From Saccharobesus litoralis (GTDB lineage Bacteria > Pseudomonadota > Gammaproteobacteria > Enterobacterales > Alteromonadaceae): a stretch of 64,000 nucleotides of DNA. Made by a program: the position numbers and the translations under genes. The stretch spans positions 2,704,065 to 2,768,064 of the forward strand of contig NZ_CP026604.1 in assembly GCF_003063625.1 (NCBI RefSeq). Reading direction: 5' to 3'. Below are positions 30,999 to 42,000 of this stretch, piece by piece. Position 1 is the stretch's first letter. Each line of letters starts with the position of its first letter. The notes under the pieces are model-generated. The model was not told where the DNA came from, ran no database searches, and was given only the letters and a program-made list of their open reading frames with translations.

Positions 30999-33002
30999 TT
31001 ACTTTTTACCCGCTACCGCTGATGAAATAAGGTTCATTAGCTCTGGGTTTTTATCTGCGTTTTGCAGGAATTTAGCAATTAATGCTGTGGTGGCGGTGTC
31101 TTTGATTTCACCAGAGGCACTACCAAAACCCGCGACTAGTTCTTTGGCGTCTTCCACAAAGCTGGCATCGCCGTTGAAATGGTCTTTAAAGGCTGTGGTT
31201 AAGGTATGGCTTTTATTAATGGTTCCGTCAATTGATTTACCCACAGATAACGATTTAACAAAGCTGTCGAAATAAGCGGTATCGCCACCTACAATATCGA
31301 TATTGGCTTGCTTAAGTGCTTCGGCCAGTACAACAGCTTGTTCTTTAGCAATGCCGACATTGGCTTCGATAGACTGCAATACTTGCTCATGCTGCTTGTC
31401 TAGCTTCATGCGGAATTCTTCGTGTTCACGCTGCTGCTCAGACATAGTTGCCATGGCTTCAAATTTCTTAGTCATACCTTCCGCCTCGGCAGCGGCTTTC
31501 TCAGCAAGTACCTTAGCGTTTGCTAACCCTGTTTTCTCAACTGCATCGGCTTGAGCTTCGGTTACGCGAACCTCTGCCATACCTTCTTTTTCAGAGGCAA
31601 TGGCTTTGGCTTCCATGACTTTGGCTTGCGCTAAACCTTCTGCCGCTTTAAGGGCTTCTAAACCTTCGGCTTCGCGTTTTTGGGCTAAGGCGTTTTTCTC
31701 TGCCACTTCTAGCTTAGCTTGAGCAAGCATGGTTTTCTCTTTAGCGGTGAATTCAGCTGATTTCTCGGCCGCTTGTGCTGCTTTGATTTCGCGTACTAAG
31801 TCTTGCTCGGCTTTGGCTTCTGCTTCAATGATTTGCGCTTGTTTTTGACGATCGGCTTCTGATACTACACGAAGTTCTTTAATTTCTTCTTCACGTTGTG
31901 CCACAGTCTTATCAACTTCTACGCGGCTACGCACCACTTCGGCAATCTCGCGTTTCTCGTGTTCGATCAATTTTTCGTTGGCAATTTTTTGTAGCGAGGT
32001 TTCTTTTTCGCGCTCAATTCTTTCAAGTTCGCGCGCTTTAATCACACGCTCTTCTTCAATTGCCACAGCGCGTTGTTTGTTGTTTTCAGCCACTTCAACT
32101 TCACGCTGTTTGTTTTGCTCTTGCACTTCAAGCTCTTGTTCAGCTTGTACACGAGCTTGTTCCGCTTTTAGTTTTTCTTCGTGCTTAACCCGTTCGGTTT
32201 CTGCTTGTTCACGTGCTTGAACGGTTTCAACTTCACGTTTTTGCTTAGCTTCAGCATCGGCTTGTTGACGTTCAAGTTCTAAAATAGCTTCGCGGGTTTC
32301 AACGTCTTTGCGCTTGATCTTCATTTCTTCTTCGCGCTGGAATATATTAGTTTGAATGTTTTGCTCTGCGGTTAATTCGGTGATCTTACGAATACCTTGT
32401 GAATCCAAGATATTGTCTGGATCTAGCTTGTTGATTGGAGTTTGTTCAAGGTAGTCGATGGCGGCATCTTCTAAAACATAACCGTTTAAGTCAGTACCAA
32501 TGTTATCGATAATCATGTCGCGGAAGTTATCGCGTTTGGCATAAAGGTCGATAAAGTCGAGTGATTTACCTACGGTTTTTAACGCTTCTGAGAATTTAGC
32601 GTTAAACAAATCTTCAAGCGTTGCTTGGTTAGACGCGCGTTCACAACCTATGGCTTGAGCAACTTTTAATACATCGTCGCGGTTTTTGTTAACGCGTACG
32701 AAGAATGCCACTTTAATATCGGCGCGAATATTATCTTTACAGATCAAACCATCGGTACCGTTACGGTCGATTTCGATAGTTTTTAATGAGATATCCATGA
32801 TTTCCATTTTATGGAAAACCGGCACAACCACTGAACCAGTGAAGGTTACTTTAGGTTCAGAGCGCATGGTATTAACGATCATAGCTTTACCTTGTTCAAC
32901 CTTACGGTAGAGGCTTGCTAAGAAAAAGATAATACCTAATCCAAATACAAATACACCGACTGCCAGTGCAACCCAGAATTCCCAACCGTTGCTTAATTCC
33001 AT
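30999..33002 (-). CDS. yqiK: Flotillin-like SPFH/band-7 protein (YqiK family) with long coiled-coil tail
   Basis: N-terminal TM, then SPFH domain, then E/K/A/Q-rich coiled coil. 667 aa. Confidence 0.8.
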   Translation of the reverse strand: MELSNGWEFWVALAVGVFVFGLGIIFFLASLYRKVEQGKAMIVNTMRSEPKVTFTGSVVVPVFHKMEIMDISLKTIEIDRNGTDGLICKDNIRADIKVAFFVRVNKNRDDVLKVAQAIGCERASNQATLEDLFNAKFSEALKTVGKSLDFIDLYAKRDNFRDMIIDNIGTDLNGYVLEDAAIDYLEQTPINKLDPDNILDSQGIRKITELTAEQNIQTNIFQREEEMKIKRKDVETREAILELERQQADAEAKQKREVETVQAREQAETERVKHEEKLKAEQARVQAEQELEVQEQNKQREVEVAENNKQRAVAIEEERVIKARELERIEREKETSLQKIANEKLIEHEKREIAEVVRSRVEVDKTVAQREEEIKELRVVSEADRQKQAQIIEAEAKAEQDLVREIKAAQAAEKSAEFTAKEKTMLAQAKLEVAEKNALAQKREAEGLEALKAAEGLAQAKVMEAKAIASEKEGMAEVRVTEAQADAVEKTGLANAKVLAEKAAAEAEGMTKKFEAMATMSEQQREHEEFRMKLDKQHEQVLQSIEANVGIAKEQAVVLAEALKQANIDIVGGDTAYFDSFVKSLSVGKSIDGTINKSHTLTTAFKDHFNGDASFVEDAKELVAGFGSASGEIKDTATTALIAKFLQNADKNPELMNLISSAVAGKK

Positions 33003-33226
33003 ATAAAACTCCTTCGCTTACATTAATTTTTGGTTGTTTTGTTAGTCATTGAAGCTAGAGCTTCAATCCGGTGGCTTTAAGAGGAATAAGCTGACGAGTT
33101 TGACTGTTGATAATCCGCTTATTTTAATAAAGTCACTAGATACCAGCTTTCGCTGGTATGACCATATTTTTTAATCCTTTGCGTATTAGTTGTTCAATTT
33201 TTTTCTAATACGCTTTGACTATACTT

Positions 33227-33871
33227 TTACTGATTTAATAATTGTTGTTCGGTCACAACAAGGTAGGTGTCCTTGTTGTTGTCATAACTAATTAACGCCA
33301 CGCGCTCGCCTTTGCTTATAGTGTTTGGCTCATCGGCTCTAACACTTAACACCATGGAGCCATCTTCGGTTATGGCTTGGCCAAAGCTTTCTGTCACTTT
33401 TAACGTTGTTACGGTACAAATGGTGCCTGTAATATCACATTTGCTAACCGCTTCATGGGTATGAAAGAAGCGGCGCAGTGGTTTAACACTGAGCGTGGTT
33501 AATGGTAAAGCAATTACAACTGCAGCCATGGCTAATAAGCTGCCCATAGCTGTTGCGGTTAGCATTTCATCTGCTAACGGCATTAGATACTTACGCCCCA
33601 AGTAAGCAAAAATTAAGGCGTAAAAATCGATTAGGGTTATGACTACCATCAAAGGTACGCCATCTAACCCCAACTTTTGTAACCATGAGGTTTGGCCTGA
33701 CTCAGCATCAGTATCGACTTCGATATCTGGATCAATAATTTCGATATCGACTAAACCTAAAAATGATACCAACCAAAAAAGTAGCAATATGACGAATAGG
33801 GTAGAGAAAATATTGAGAGGGAAGCTAAATACTTCGTTTAAAAACATGTCCGTCATCATAGATAAGTGCAC
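33227..33871 (-). CDS. yqiJ: NfeD-like membrane protein (YqiJ family)
   Basis: Three TM helices followed by an OB-fold-like C-terminus. Sits upstream of the flotillin gene, as in yqiJK. Confidence 0.65.
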   Translation of the reverse strand: MHLSMMTDMFLNEVFSFPLNIFSTLFVILLLFWLVSFLGLVDIEIIDPDIEVDTDAESGQTSWLQKLGLDGVPLMVVITLIDFYALIFAYLGRKYLMPLADEMLTATAMGSLLAMAAVVIALPLTTLSVKPLRRFFHTHEAVSKCDITGTICTVTTLKVTESFGQAITEDGSMVLSVRADEPNTISKGERVALISYDNNKDTYLVVTEQQLLNQ

Positions 33872-34328
33872 TCCTTTATGGGTTAGTGAATGTACCTTAT
33901 TTTTAACGCCTTGTTAACAGAGTTTCTGTTAAATGGAATTAATCTTTACCAGTGGCTAGCATAAGCACTCGTGGCAGACTAAATTATATGTAGGATGCGC
34001 TAAAGCAACCTTCTTTAATATTTAACCTACTCAAATAAGGTTATTTTTATTGACATAATATGTCAATGGTTTTTGGCCGTTATGTCGATATAACATATTC
34101 TGGCTGACAAATTTTATACCTAAAATGTGACAATTCGGTCTGTAAAAAATGTGTGAATACAATTAATGTTGTTTGCATGTAAAAAAAATGTATTTTCCCT
34201 ATTTGGGGTTAATACGATACTCAAGCCGATGCGCACTAGGGCCTTTTTGCAAGGAAGTAAGCAAAACAGTCTGGACCAAGCCCCACTACTTTACACACTA
34301 GTCGAAACTAATTTTGATTGAGAGAAAT

Positions 34329-35309
34329 ATGAAAAAACTACTCCTATTATTGGCAAGTTTGAGTTTAGTTGCCTGTATGAGCACAGGATCTGCACCTGAA
34401 GCACCAGCTAAAAAAATAAAAGCACTTATTGTTGATGGCCAGAATAACCATGGTCATTGGCCCAAAACGACCTTTATGATGAAGCAGTACTTAGAAGAGA
34501 CTGGTTTATTTGAAGTTGATATTTATCGAACGGTTAATACTTGGAAAGGTGGCAAGCTGGTTAAGCAGTTTCCACTGAACGATGGCAAAAATTATCAAGA
34601 TTTAAAGCAGCCGAAATCAGATCCTACCTTCGTACCTAATTTTGCTGAATACAAGGTTGTCGTATCAAACTTTGGTTGGAAAGCGGCCAACTGGCCTAAA
34701 GCCACCGAAAAAGCTTTTGAAGCGTATATGAGCAATGGTGGTGGTTTAGTGTCTGTGCATGCGGCAGATAACTCATTCCCTAAATGGAAAGCCTATAACA
34801 AGATGATCGGCCTTGGCGGCTGGGGTGGTCGTAATCATAAAGATGGCCCTTATGTATATTATGATGATAACGGTAAGCTAGTGCGTGATATGAGCCAAGG
34901 CGGTGGCGGTGGCCACGGTAAACAACATAAATTTGTTGTGCAAACCCGTGATGCCAGTCACCCTATTATGCAAGGTATTCCGGAAAAATGGTTACATGCC
35001 AAAGATGAGTTGTATTGTAAATTGCGTGGTCCAGCTGAAAACATGACGGTATTGGCAACCGCGTACGATAATCAAAAATCTAAGCGCCATGAGCCAGTAT
35101 TAATGGCGATTGATTATGGCAAAGGTCGTATCTTCCACTCGACTTTAGGTCATGCTGATTATTCTTTTGAAGGTGTTGGTTTTATTACTACTTTCCTACG
35201 TGGTACTGAGTGGGCAGCAACGGGTAAAGTGACTATTCCTGTACCGACTGATTTCCCAACTGAAACTCAAAGTGTTTCACGTAAATTTGCATTGAATCAA
35301 GCCAAGTAA
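34329..35309 (+). CDS. ThuA-like (class I glutamine amidotransferase-like) lipoprotein
   Basis: Lipoprotein signal LVACMS. ThuA-like IKALIVDGQNNHGHW…. Confidence 0.55.
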   Translation: MKKLLLLLASLSLVACMSTGSAPEAPAKKIKALIVDGQNNHGHWPKTTFMMKQYLEETGLFEVDIYRTVNTWKGGKLVKQFPLNDGKNYQDLKQPKSDPTFVPNFAEYKVVVSNFGWKAANWPKATEKAFEAYMSNGGGLVSVHAADNSFPKWKAYNKMIGLGGWGGRNHKDGPYVYYDDNGKLVRDMSQGGGGGHGKQHKFVVQTRDASHPIMQGIPEKWLHAKDELYCKLRGPAENMTVLATAYDNQKSKRHEPVLMAIDYGKGRIFHSTLGHADYSFEGVGFITTFLRGTEWAATGKVTIPVPTDFPTETQSVSRKFALNQAK

Positions 35310-35439
35310 ACTCTTATAGGAATGTCGATGGCTGTTGCTGATAGTTTTCGACATTCCCCCCACCTTGTAGGGTTGAATTTATTCGACCAACGCATGCTTT
35401 ATGACTAATTCTTAGTTGTCACCGCCAAATTAGGTGGGG

Positions 35440-35590
35440 AAGATGGATGAAAATGCATACTGTCAGATGGGATATTTGGCGGGTTCGCAAGCATAAATGC
35501 TCGCCTACGATATTTGGCAGGTTCGCAAGCATACAAGATTTTGTTCCCGACAAATCTTAAGTACCTGCTATCCATGCAGGCAAAGTCTCA
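35440..35590. repeat. REP-like palindromes (…gcaagcataaatgctcgcctac… x2, cctgctatccatgcagg)
   Basis: Shares modules with the other REP clusters and with the MITE core. Confidence 0.7.
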
Positions 35591-35591
35591 C

Positions 35592-36392
35592 CTACGACAT
35601 TTGATTCGCCAAACATCTACCTAGCAAAGCAAAATATTCACTAAAATACCTTCCCACTTCGACTCTATGTTCGTCTAACGGGTACAGCCCAACCTTAGCT
35701 TCATCAGACTGTTTTGTGCCTTTAACCAGAAACTCGTTACTTAATCGACTGTCTTGAATATAAGCCTCAAACGCTCTGGCACACATCTCTTCTGGTAAGG
35801 CGTAGTAAACCTGATTAAGTTGTTTATCTACTTGTGCGGCGACTTGAAAATAACGACTCGATTTATGCTTTTTACTCGCATCTAAGAAAATATGCGAGAA
35901 AGCTTTTTGCAAAGCTTGGTTTAAAGGGTGATCGATCTTTTCTTCACCTAATAACCAAGCATGCGATGCAAATTTGGATTTAGGCAACTGCAAGAACTTA
36001 CTACAGATATAGTGATCAAAAGCATGGAACCATTCATGTGCTAAAGCGCCGCCACCGGCATTTTTAGCCAAGGCTAATTCTTTGGTGCCGACATTATAGT
36101 GCGCCATATTGTGGCGTTGGCCACCAGTACCAAAAGCTAAAGACAGGGTACTGCGTAGGGAAATCACTTGCCTAGGCACTTGCAGAATTAGCGCGAGATC
36201 CGCCAAGGCATCAAAAATAAGATTGGCGGCGATTTGTTGTTCTTGTTTGGTTACCCATTTGCCTAATCGAATACAGCGAAAACCAAACTCTTGGCGAATA
36301 TCGGTAAAGCTAACATCTTGGTCTTGCCTATGATTAGGGCCTGTACGGTAATAACCGCGTTTAAGCCGGTTGGTTTTAGCAGGTTGTTGCAA
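35592..36392 (-). CDS. Hypothetical protein with an HExxH (HEWFH) zincin-like motif
   Basis: …ALAHEWFHAFDHY…. Confidence 0.4.
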   Translation of the reverse strand: MQQPAKTNRLKRGYYRTGPNHRQDQDVSFTDIRQEFGFRCIRLGKWVTKQEQQIAANLIFDALADLALILQVPRQVISLRSTLSLAFGTGGQRHNMAHYNVGTKELALAKNAGGGALAHEWFHAFDHYICSKFLQLPKSKFASHAWLLGEEKIDHPLNQALQKAFSHIFLDASKKHKSSRYFQVAAQVDKQLNQVYYALPEEMCARAFEAYIQDSRLSNEFLVKGTKQSDEAKVGLYPLDEHRVEVGRYFSEYFALLGRCLANQMS

Positions 36393-36718
36393 AGTAATCT
36401 GATTTTAGTTTGACGGGCTAACGATGGGGATAGGATAGCAGAAGTATGATGATAATGATGTAGGCCAACTTTTAATTGCGGTAGTGTAGAGTGCTTTTCA
36501 CCCTGAGCGCGCAGCAGTCGAAGGGTTCATTTTATCAAAGGTAAGCCCACTTCTTCGACTATTAGTTTATGCTGAGTTTATCGAACTATTCAGGATGAAA
36601 AATCGAATTATAAATCAAACTTTTAAACGTCAGAATGCTTATTTCTATCGAACGTTATAACCATGCTGAGAGACAGCTTGAGCAGACTTATTAGGCCTGT
36701 TCAAGCTAGATAATAAGC

Positions 36719-38251
36719 TTAAATATCCAACTTAAAAGCAAAAGCGTGTTTACCGGGTTGGTATTTAGGTACTTGGATGGTTAAACCATCAGCATCTTGG
36801 TTCCAGCTGATTTTCTCATCGCTACCCAATAAGCTAACGCTGCTAACTTTGTGCTTACCTTTGGCTAACGCTTTGATGGTGACGGGTTCGGTTGGCCAAT
36901 CTAAAACTATGGCGTAAAGGTCGCCGTCTTTGGTGGTGAAGCGAATGTCTTTTTCTGTATTGTCCTTGTTCTTAAATTCACTTAGGTGACCTTCTACGAC
37001 TTTCGCTGGCCCTTCACCATAAGTATGCCAAGTACGGGTGCCATATATGGCTTCACCGTTTTGTTCTAACCATTCGCCCATTTCCAGTAATCGAGTACGT
37101 ACCTGTTGTGGTATGACCCCTTGCGCAGTTGGCGTGATATTTAGCAAAACTGCACCATTTTTACTCACAACATCGACTAAAAAGTCGATCAAGCGATTAG
37201 TTGTTTTGTAGTTCGGGTTAGCGATATGAGTCCAAGAGTTCCAGTCGATAGAATCGTCGGTCATCCATGGAAAGTCTTTTTTCTCGCTCATGCGTGAGCG
37301 TTCTAAGTCTAATACGGCAGAGCCTTTGGCGAGATCTTCACCTTTATAGGTAACCATCACATCACGGTTTTGTTTAACACCTGCGTTATATACGTAACTA
37401 AGCATATCTAGCCTGTGCTGCTCACTAATGATGTCCATTTTGTTATCAAAGTACACTAAGTCAGGCTCATACTTGTCGACCACTTCTTTAACGCGATCTA
37501 ACCAATCATCATTAAACGCTTTATCTGGTAAAGGATTAGTCGGTTTGTTGGCTAACACAAAGGTGCCTTTTGGAACTTTAGGGCCATAAAGCTTTTCGTA
37601 TTTGGGATTTGACGCATCGGTATTTTCATCCCAAGTTGGATACCAAGCGTATTTCCATTGGTGATGGAATGTGGCGATAAACTTCATATCTTGGTCGCGG
37701 ATTGCTTTGGCCATTTCGCCTACCACATCGCGTTTGGGGCCCATATCCTTGGCATTCCAAGGTGTAATCTCGCTGTCCCACATGGCAAAACCATCGGCAT
37801 GTTCAGAAACTGGGCCAGCAAATTTGGCACCTGATTTGGCAAATAATTCCGCCCATTCTTGTGGATCAAAATGTTCGGCGGTGAACATGGGAATAAAATC
37901 TTTATAGCCAAATTTATCTAGGCTGCCGTAGGTTTCTTCATGGTATTTACGAATAGGATGGCCCTCGCGATACATCCAAATTGAGTACCATTCGGTTTTA
38001 TGGGCCGGAACTGAGTATGGCCCCCAGTGAAAATAAATACCGAACTTGGCATCTAAAAACCAGTTTGGTGTTTTGTGCGTTTTTGTCGATTGCCAAGTTG
38101 GCAAATAAACCTTGGTTGTCTGTTGGCCTGAAGTTGCATGTGCATCTGTATTTGGTGCTAGATGAGAGCAGCCTGCTATTAACCCTGCCACAGACAGACT
38201 CAATGACAAGCCTATGGATAGCTTAAGTGGCGTTAAATTGAGTTTATTCAT
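36719..38251 (-). CDS. Alpha-L-fucosidase (GH29) lipoprotein
   Basis: FGIYFHWGPYSVPA…ADGFAMWDS… GH29 blocks. Lipobox LIAGCS. Confidence 0.85.
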   Translation of the reverse strand: MNKLNLTPLKLSIGLSLSLSVAGLIAGCSHLAPNTDAHATSGQQTTKVYLPTWQSTKTHKTPNWFLDAKFGIYFHWGPYSVPAHKTEWYSIWMYREGHPIRKYHEETYGSLDKFGYKDFIPMFTAEHFDPQEWAELFAKSGAKFAGPVSEHADGFAMWDSEITPWNAKDMGPKRDVVGEMAKAIRDQDMKFIATFHHQWKYAWYPTWDENTDASNPKYEKLYGPKVPKGTFVLANKPTNPLPDKAFNDDWLDRVKEVVDKYEPDLVYFDNKMDIISEQHRLDMLSYVYNAGVKQNRDVMVTYKGEDLAKGSAVLDLERSRMSEKKDFPWMTDDSIDWNSWTHIANPNYKTTNRLIDFLVDVVSKNGAVLLNITPTAQGVIPQQVRTRLLEMGEWLEQNGEAIYGTRTWHTYGEGPAKVVEGHLSEFKNKDNTEKDIRFTTKDGDLYAIVLDWPTEPVTIKALAKGKHKVSSVSLLGSDEKISWNQDADGLTIQVPKYQPGKHAFAFKLDI

Positions 38252-38556
38252 GTTGTTTTCTATTAGTGCTATTAGTTAAGCAAAGTGTGGCAATTACCAC
38301 TTTTGTTGTCAAAATAATATTTTGTGTTTATTTGATTTTTAAATGTTGTAAAATCCTGTTTTAAAGGATTTTTGTTGTGTAAATGCGGGCTTGGCTATAT
38401 CAAAAATATTTGAACACACCCTAAATTTAACTAAATACTAGCTAAGAACAGAATTAATGAAATTGATTTCTATTTGTACCATTTTGATATGGTGGCTTGG
38501 TGTGAAGTCGACAATAGGCTCAAGCGAGCTTGAGCCTTATAATCAGAAAGTAGGCC

Positions 38557-39798
38557 TTAGTCCATATATCCGTCAGGCAAATCAATGCGACTTACACCTG
38601 TTTCTACAGCTGCGACAGCAACCGCTTTAGCGACGCGTTTAAGTAAACGCGGATCCATAGGTTTAGGGATTATATAGTCACGGCCAAACTCTAGCTTATC
38701 GGCACCACTGGCTTTGATCACTTCTTCCGGAACAGCTTGCTTGGCGATCTCGCGAATGGCATTAACCGCAGCAACCTTCATTTCATCGTTGATCACAGAT
38801 GCGCGAACATCTAAGGCGCCACGGAATACAAACGGGAAACACAGTACATTGTTGACTTGGTTAGGGTAGTCAGAGCGTCCTGTCGCCATTATTAGATCAT
38901 CGCGAGCTGCATGCGCTAGCTCTGGTTTTATTTCAGGATCAGGGTTTGAACAAGCGAATACTACAGGGTTGTTGTTCATTAATTTTAACGCTTCAGGTGG
39001 TAACACATCAGGACCTGATACCCCAACAAATACATCAGCACCTTGCAAGGCATCTTCTAATGTCCGGCGGTCGGTATTGTTGGCAAATAGCTTTTTGTGT
39101 TCGGTTAAATCTTCACGGCGAGTATGGATCACACCTTTACGGTCTAGCATATAAATGCGTTCGCGTTGGGCTCCACATTTTATTAGCAATTCCATACAGG
39201 CTACGGCTGCTGCACCGGCACCCATACACACAATGATCACATCGCGAATATCTTTACCTTGGATCTCTAATGCGTTCAGCATGCCAGCCGCTGTAACAAT
39301 AGCGGTACCGTGTTGATCGTCATGGAAAATAGGCACTTTACAGCGCTTGATAAGCTCTTGTTCTATTTCAAAACATTCTGGCGCTTTAATATCTTCTAAA
39401 TTGATACCACCAAACGTATCGGCAATATTGGCAACTGTATTGATAAACTCCTCAGTGGTGCGATGTTTGACTTCGATATCAATCGCATCCAAATGAGCAA
39501 AGCGTTTGAATAATAAGGCTTTACCTTCCATAACCGGTTTGGAGGCCAAAGCACCAAGGTTGCCTAAGCCCAAAACTGCAGTACCATTGGAAATGACTGC
39601 AACTAAGTTGCCCTTGGCCGTGTAGTTATAAGCTTCTTCTGGGTTAGCGGCTATCTCGCGGCACGGTTCTGCGACGCCTGGACTGTAGGCTAATGCTAAA
39701 TCGGCGGCGTTTTCTGCTGGTTTTGTCAGTTCTATACTGATTTTACCGGGCGTCGGTTTGGCGTGGTAATCCAATGCTTTTTGACGAAAGTCAGTCAT
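38557..39798 (-). CDS. maeB: NAD(P)-dependent malic enzyme (short form)
   Basis: …[11 protein letters not shown]…, …[15 protein letters not shown]-like…. Confidence 0.85.
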   Translation of the reverse strand: MTDFRQKALDYHAKPTPGKISIELTKPAENAADLALAYSPGVAEPCREIAANPEEAYNYTAKGNLVAVISNGTAVLGLGNLGALASKPVMEGKALLFKRFAHLDAIDIEVKHRTTEEFINTVANIADTFGGINLEDIKAPECFEIEQELIKRCKVPIFHDDQHGTAIVTAAGMLNALEIQGKDIRDVIIVCMGAGAAAVACMELLIKCGAQRERIYMLDRKGVIHTRREDLTEHKKLFANNTDRRTLEDALQGADVFVGVSGPDVLPPEALKLMNNNPVVFACSNPDPEIKPELAHAARDDLIMATGRSDYPNQVNNVLCFPFVFRGALDVRASVINDEMKVAAVNAIREIAKQAVPEEVIKASGADKLEFGRDYIIPKPMDPRLLKRVAKAVAVAAVETGVSRIDLPDGYMD

Positions 39799-39982
39799 TT
39801 TTTATCCTATCAATCAATTCAACTAGATTGGGTAGTTGAAGTTAGTAGTTCGGTTACCACTCGCTTCTTTGCGGGTCGTAACTTTTTAAGCGTAGCAGTA
39901 AAACGTCAAGTCAGCCTGTGCGTATAAAGAAATAAATCTAAATTGACGTGTCTACAGTGATTTAATAAGTTGTTGTTTTAAA

Positions 39983-40798
39983 TTATTTTTCTTGTGGTTT
40001 AGGCAAGATTGCAAGTTCGCCGGGCATCATAATCTGATAAGGATGAGTTAAGTTTATTCGCCAGCGACCTTTATGGTGGTACGGCTTGCCTTTAACAATA
40101 GCCTTACCTCCAACCCAAGAGCGATTTAATTCGTATAATCGATGGATGTTGCGTTGGTTTTGCTTAACGCCGATATATAGAGCGCGATTCAGTACAATCC
40201 AGGTTGTATTGTCTTCATCAGTCCAAACATTGCTGATTTGGCCTATGTATTCATGATAGCGTTTTGAGTTTAATGTATGGTCAGCGACAACTTTAGGTTG
40301 CCAAAACTTATCTGTCCAAATACCGCGTTGTGCATTACGTGCTGCCGTTTCATGCTCGCGGTAGCAGCGCCAAAACTTATCATTTTTACCTATGACAATC
40401 TGCTTAGCTAAACCTTTATCCAGCATAGCGGCTTGCAAGTTTTGACCTTTTTCGTTGTGGATATGCGCCAACATACGGTTATACACATCGATTATATCTT
40501 TGTCGTATACCAGTTTTACGGTTTTGCTTGGGCCGATAAGTTGCTCTAGTTGCTGTTTGGCTTGGTGCGCAAACGGTTCTGAATTCTTTGTCGATTTATA
40601 GTCTATTTCAGGGGCATCGATACCAATAAGGCGAATTTTATTGCCATCCTGCAAGCGTATGGTGTCCCCGTCAATAACTTGTTGTACACGTTCAGTTTGT
40701 TCAAAGTTTTTCGGTTGGCATGAATGAGCCGTGGCATAGGTACTTAATAAGCTGAGGCTAAGCGCAATAAATAATGGTTTCACAACTGTCCTTGCCAT
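39983..40798 (-). CDS. Secreted staphylococcal-nuclease (SNase/thermonuclease)-like protein with C-terminal extension
   Basis: Signal peptide. …DGDTIRL…RLIGIDAPE…. Confidence 0.6.
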   Translation of the reverse strand: MARTVVKPLFIALSLSLLSTYATAHSCQPKNFEQTERVQQVIDGDTIRLQDGNKIRLIGIDAPEIDYKSTKNSEPFAHQAKQQLEQLIGPSKTVKLVYDKDIIDVYNRMLAHIHNEKGQNLQAAMLDKGLAKQIVIGKNDKFWRCYREHETAARNAQRGIWTDKFWQPKVVADHTLNSKRYHEYIGQISNVWTDEDNTTWIVLNRALYIGVKQNQRNIHRLYELNRSWVGGKAIVKGKPYHHKGRWRINLTHPYQIMMPGELAILPKPQEK

Positions 40799-41310
40799 TT
40801 GACGATATGACTAAAGTGTAGGAGATAAAGATTAAAGTTTTATTTGCTATTGCGTCAAGAGCAGCCAAGCGGTTGTGTGGGATCCGTTTTAAACATAAAT
40901 TTTCCATTAGATAAATAGAGGCCTGGAGGTCGATAATTTATTTAAATTATCGCGAAAATCCGCTTTATCGTTAAACCGGCAGGTATAGATCCGCGTTAAC
41001 GTTAAATTGGTATTCGTTTTAAAAGAGAACTGAGTCAACAGTATATAAGCTAGTTGTAGGCGAATTATTTTTAATCGTATCAGAAACTAACGAAGATTCA
41101 ATTTGAAAAATTTACAATAGATCACGTTTTAATTACTTACAGATCTAACAAGGAAAGTTTTTGTGTTGTATGTAGAAATTTGGGGGGTAGATATAAACAC
41201 CTAAAAATTCACTTCGCAACTCAGTCACGAAGTGAAATTTAGTTTAATTTTCAAGCGGTTTTTGGAAGGGGAACTACGCTAATTTGGTAAACATAAATAG
41301 TGTTTAAACA

Positions 41311-42000
41311 CTAAGCTACGGATAGTGAAAAGGACGATTGCTGAGGAGAAGAAAATGCTCTAGCAAGATTGTCGTTTGAGGCTGCCGCTGATCTTTTATT
41401 TTTTGAGAAGTTCAATTCGTATTGTTTCACCACACTTTCTAGTTTTGAAGATTTTTCGAAGATATGTAACTTCGTTGTTTGCTCATATTGGTTAGCGATA
41501 CAATCGAGGTTGTGACTCAATAAATATCGATACAAACTAGCTTTTGAATACCCTCTTTGAGCACACCATTGGTCTAATAATATATAGTGCTCATTAAACC
41601 TTTGTATGCAAATGGGGGGGTATTGTGCACTTGCTCTGTTTACTTGTATGCTCTTCCACGAAAATAGTTTCGCCATTGTTCTAATTTTCACGGGCTGAAC
41701 ACAGAAATATTTGCTCAACTCAGATATCGATAGCAAACAATTAAATTTATTCTGCTCGCTTGATTGCAGATGGCGGATTGCTTCTGATTTTTTGACATAA
41801 AAGTTCCCCAGCTTTTTAGAATGCAAAGGCTGATGGAGTTCTACACCTTTTTCGATTAGCAACTTGAAAGCATCACCAAAGCTGTATAAATATTTTTGGC
41901 TGATTGCCTCTAACTCTGTAATTGTTATCACCTCTTCACTGGAGCAAAATCGAAGTGATGGTTTGGTAAGTTTCGTTAGTAGTTGGTCTATATATTCCAA
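41311..42000 (-). CDS. Hypothetical, possibly HTH-containing regulator. Contains a G7 tract (on the + strand).
   Basis: …GYSKASLYRYL… HTH-like segment. Poly-G at 41614-41620 inside the CDS. Confidence 0.35.
   Translation of the reverse strand: MEYIDQLLTKLTKPSLRFCSSEEVITITELEAISQKYLYSFGDAFKLLIEKGVELHQPLHSKKLGNFYVKKSEAIRHLQSSEQNKFNCLLSISELSKYFCVQPVKIRTMAKLFSWKSIQVNRASAQYPPICIQRFNEHYILLDQWCAQRGYSKASLYRYLLSHNLDCIANQYEQTTKLHIFEKSSKLESVVKQYELNFSKNKRSAAASNDNLARAFSSPQQSSFSLSVA

Noticed and set aside
31087-32220. Plus-strand Ala/Ser/Cys-rich ORFs opposite the flotillin gene
   Set aside because: These are antisense reading frames of the E/K/A/Q coiled-coil repeats. Typical artefact.
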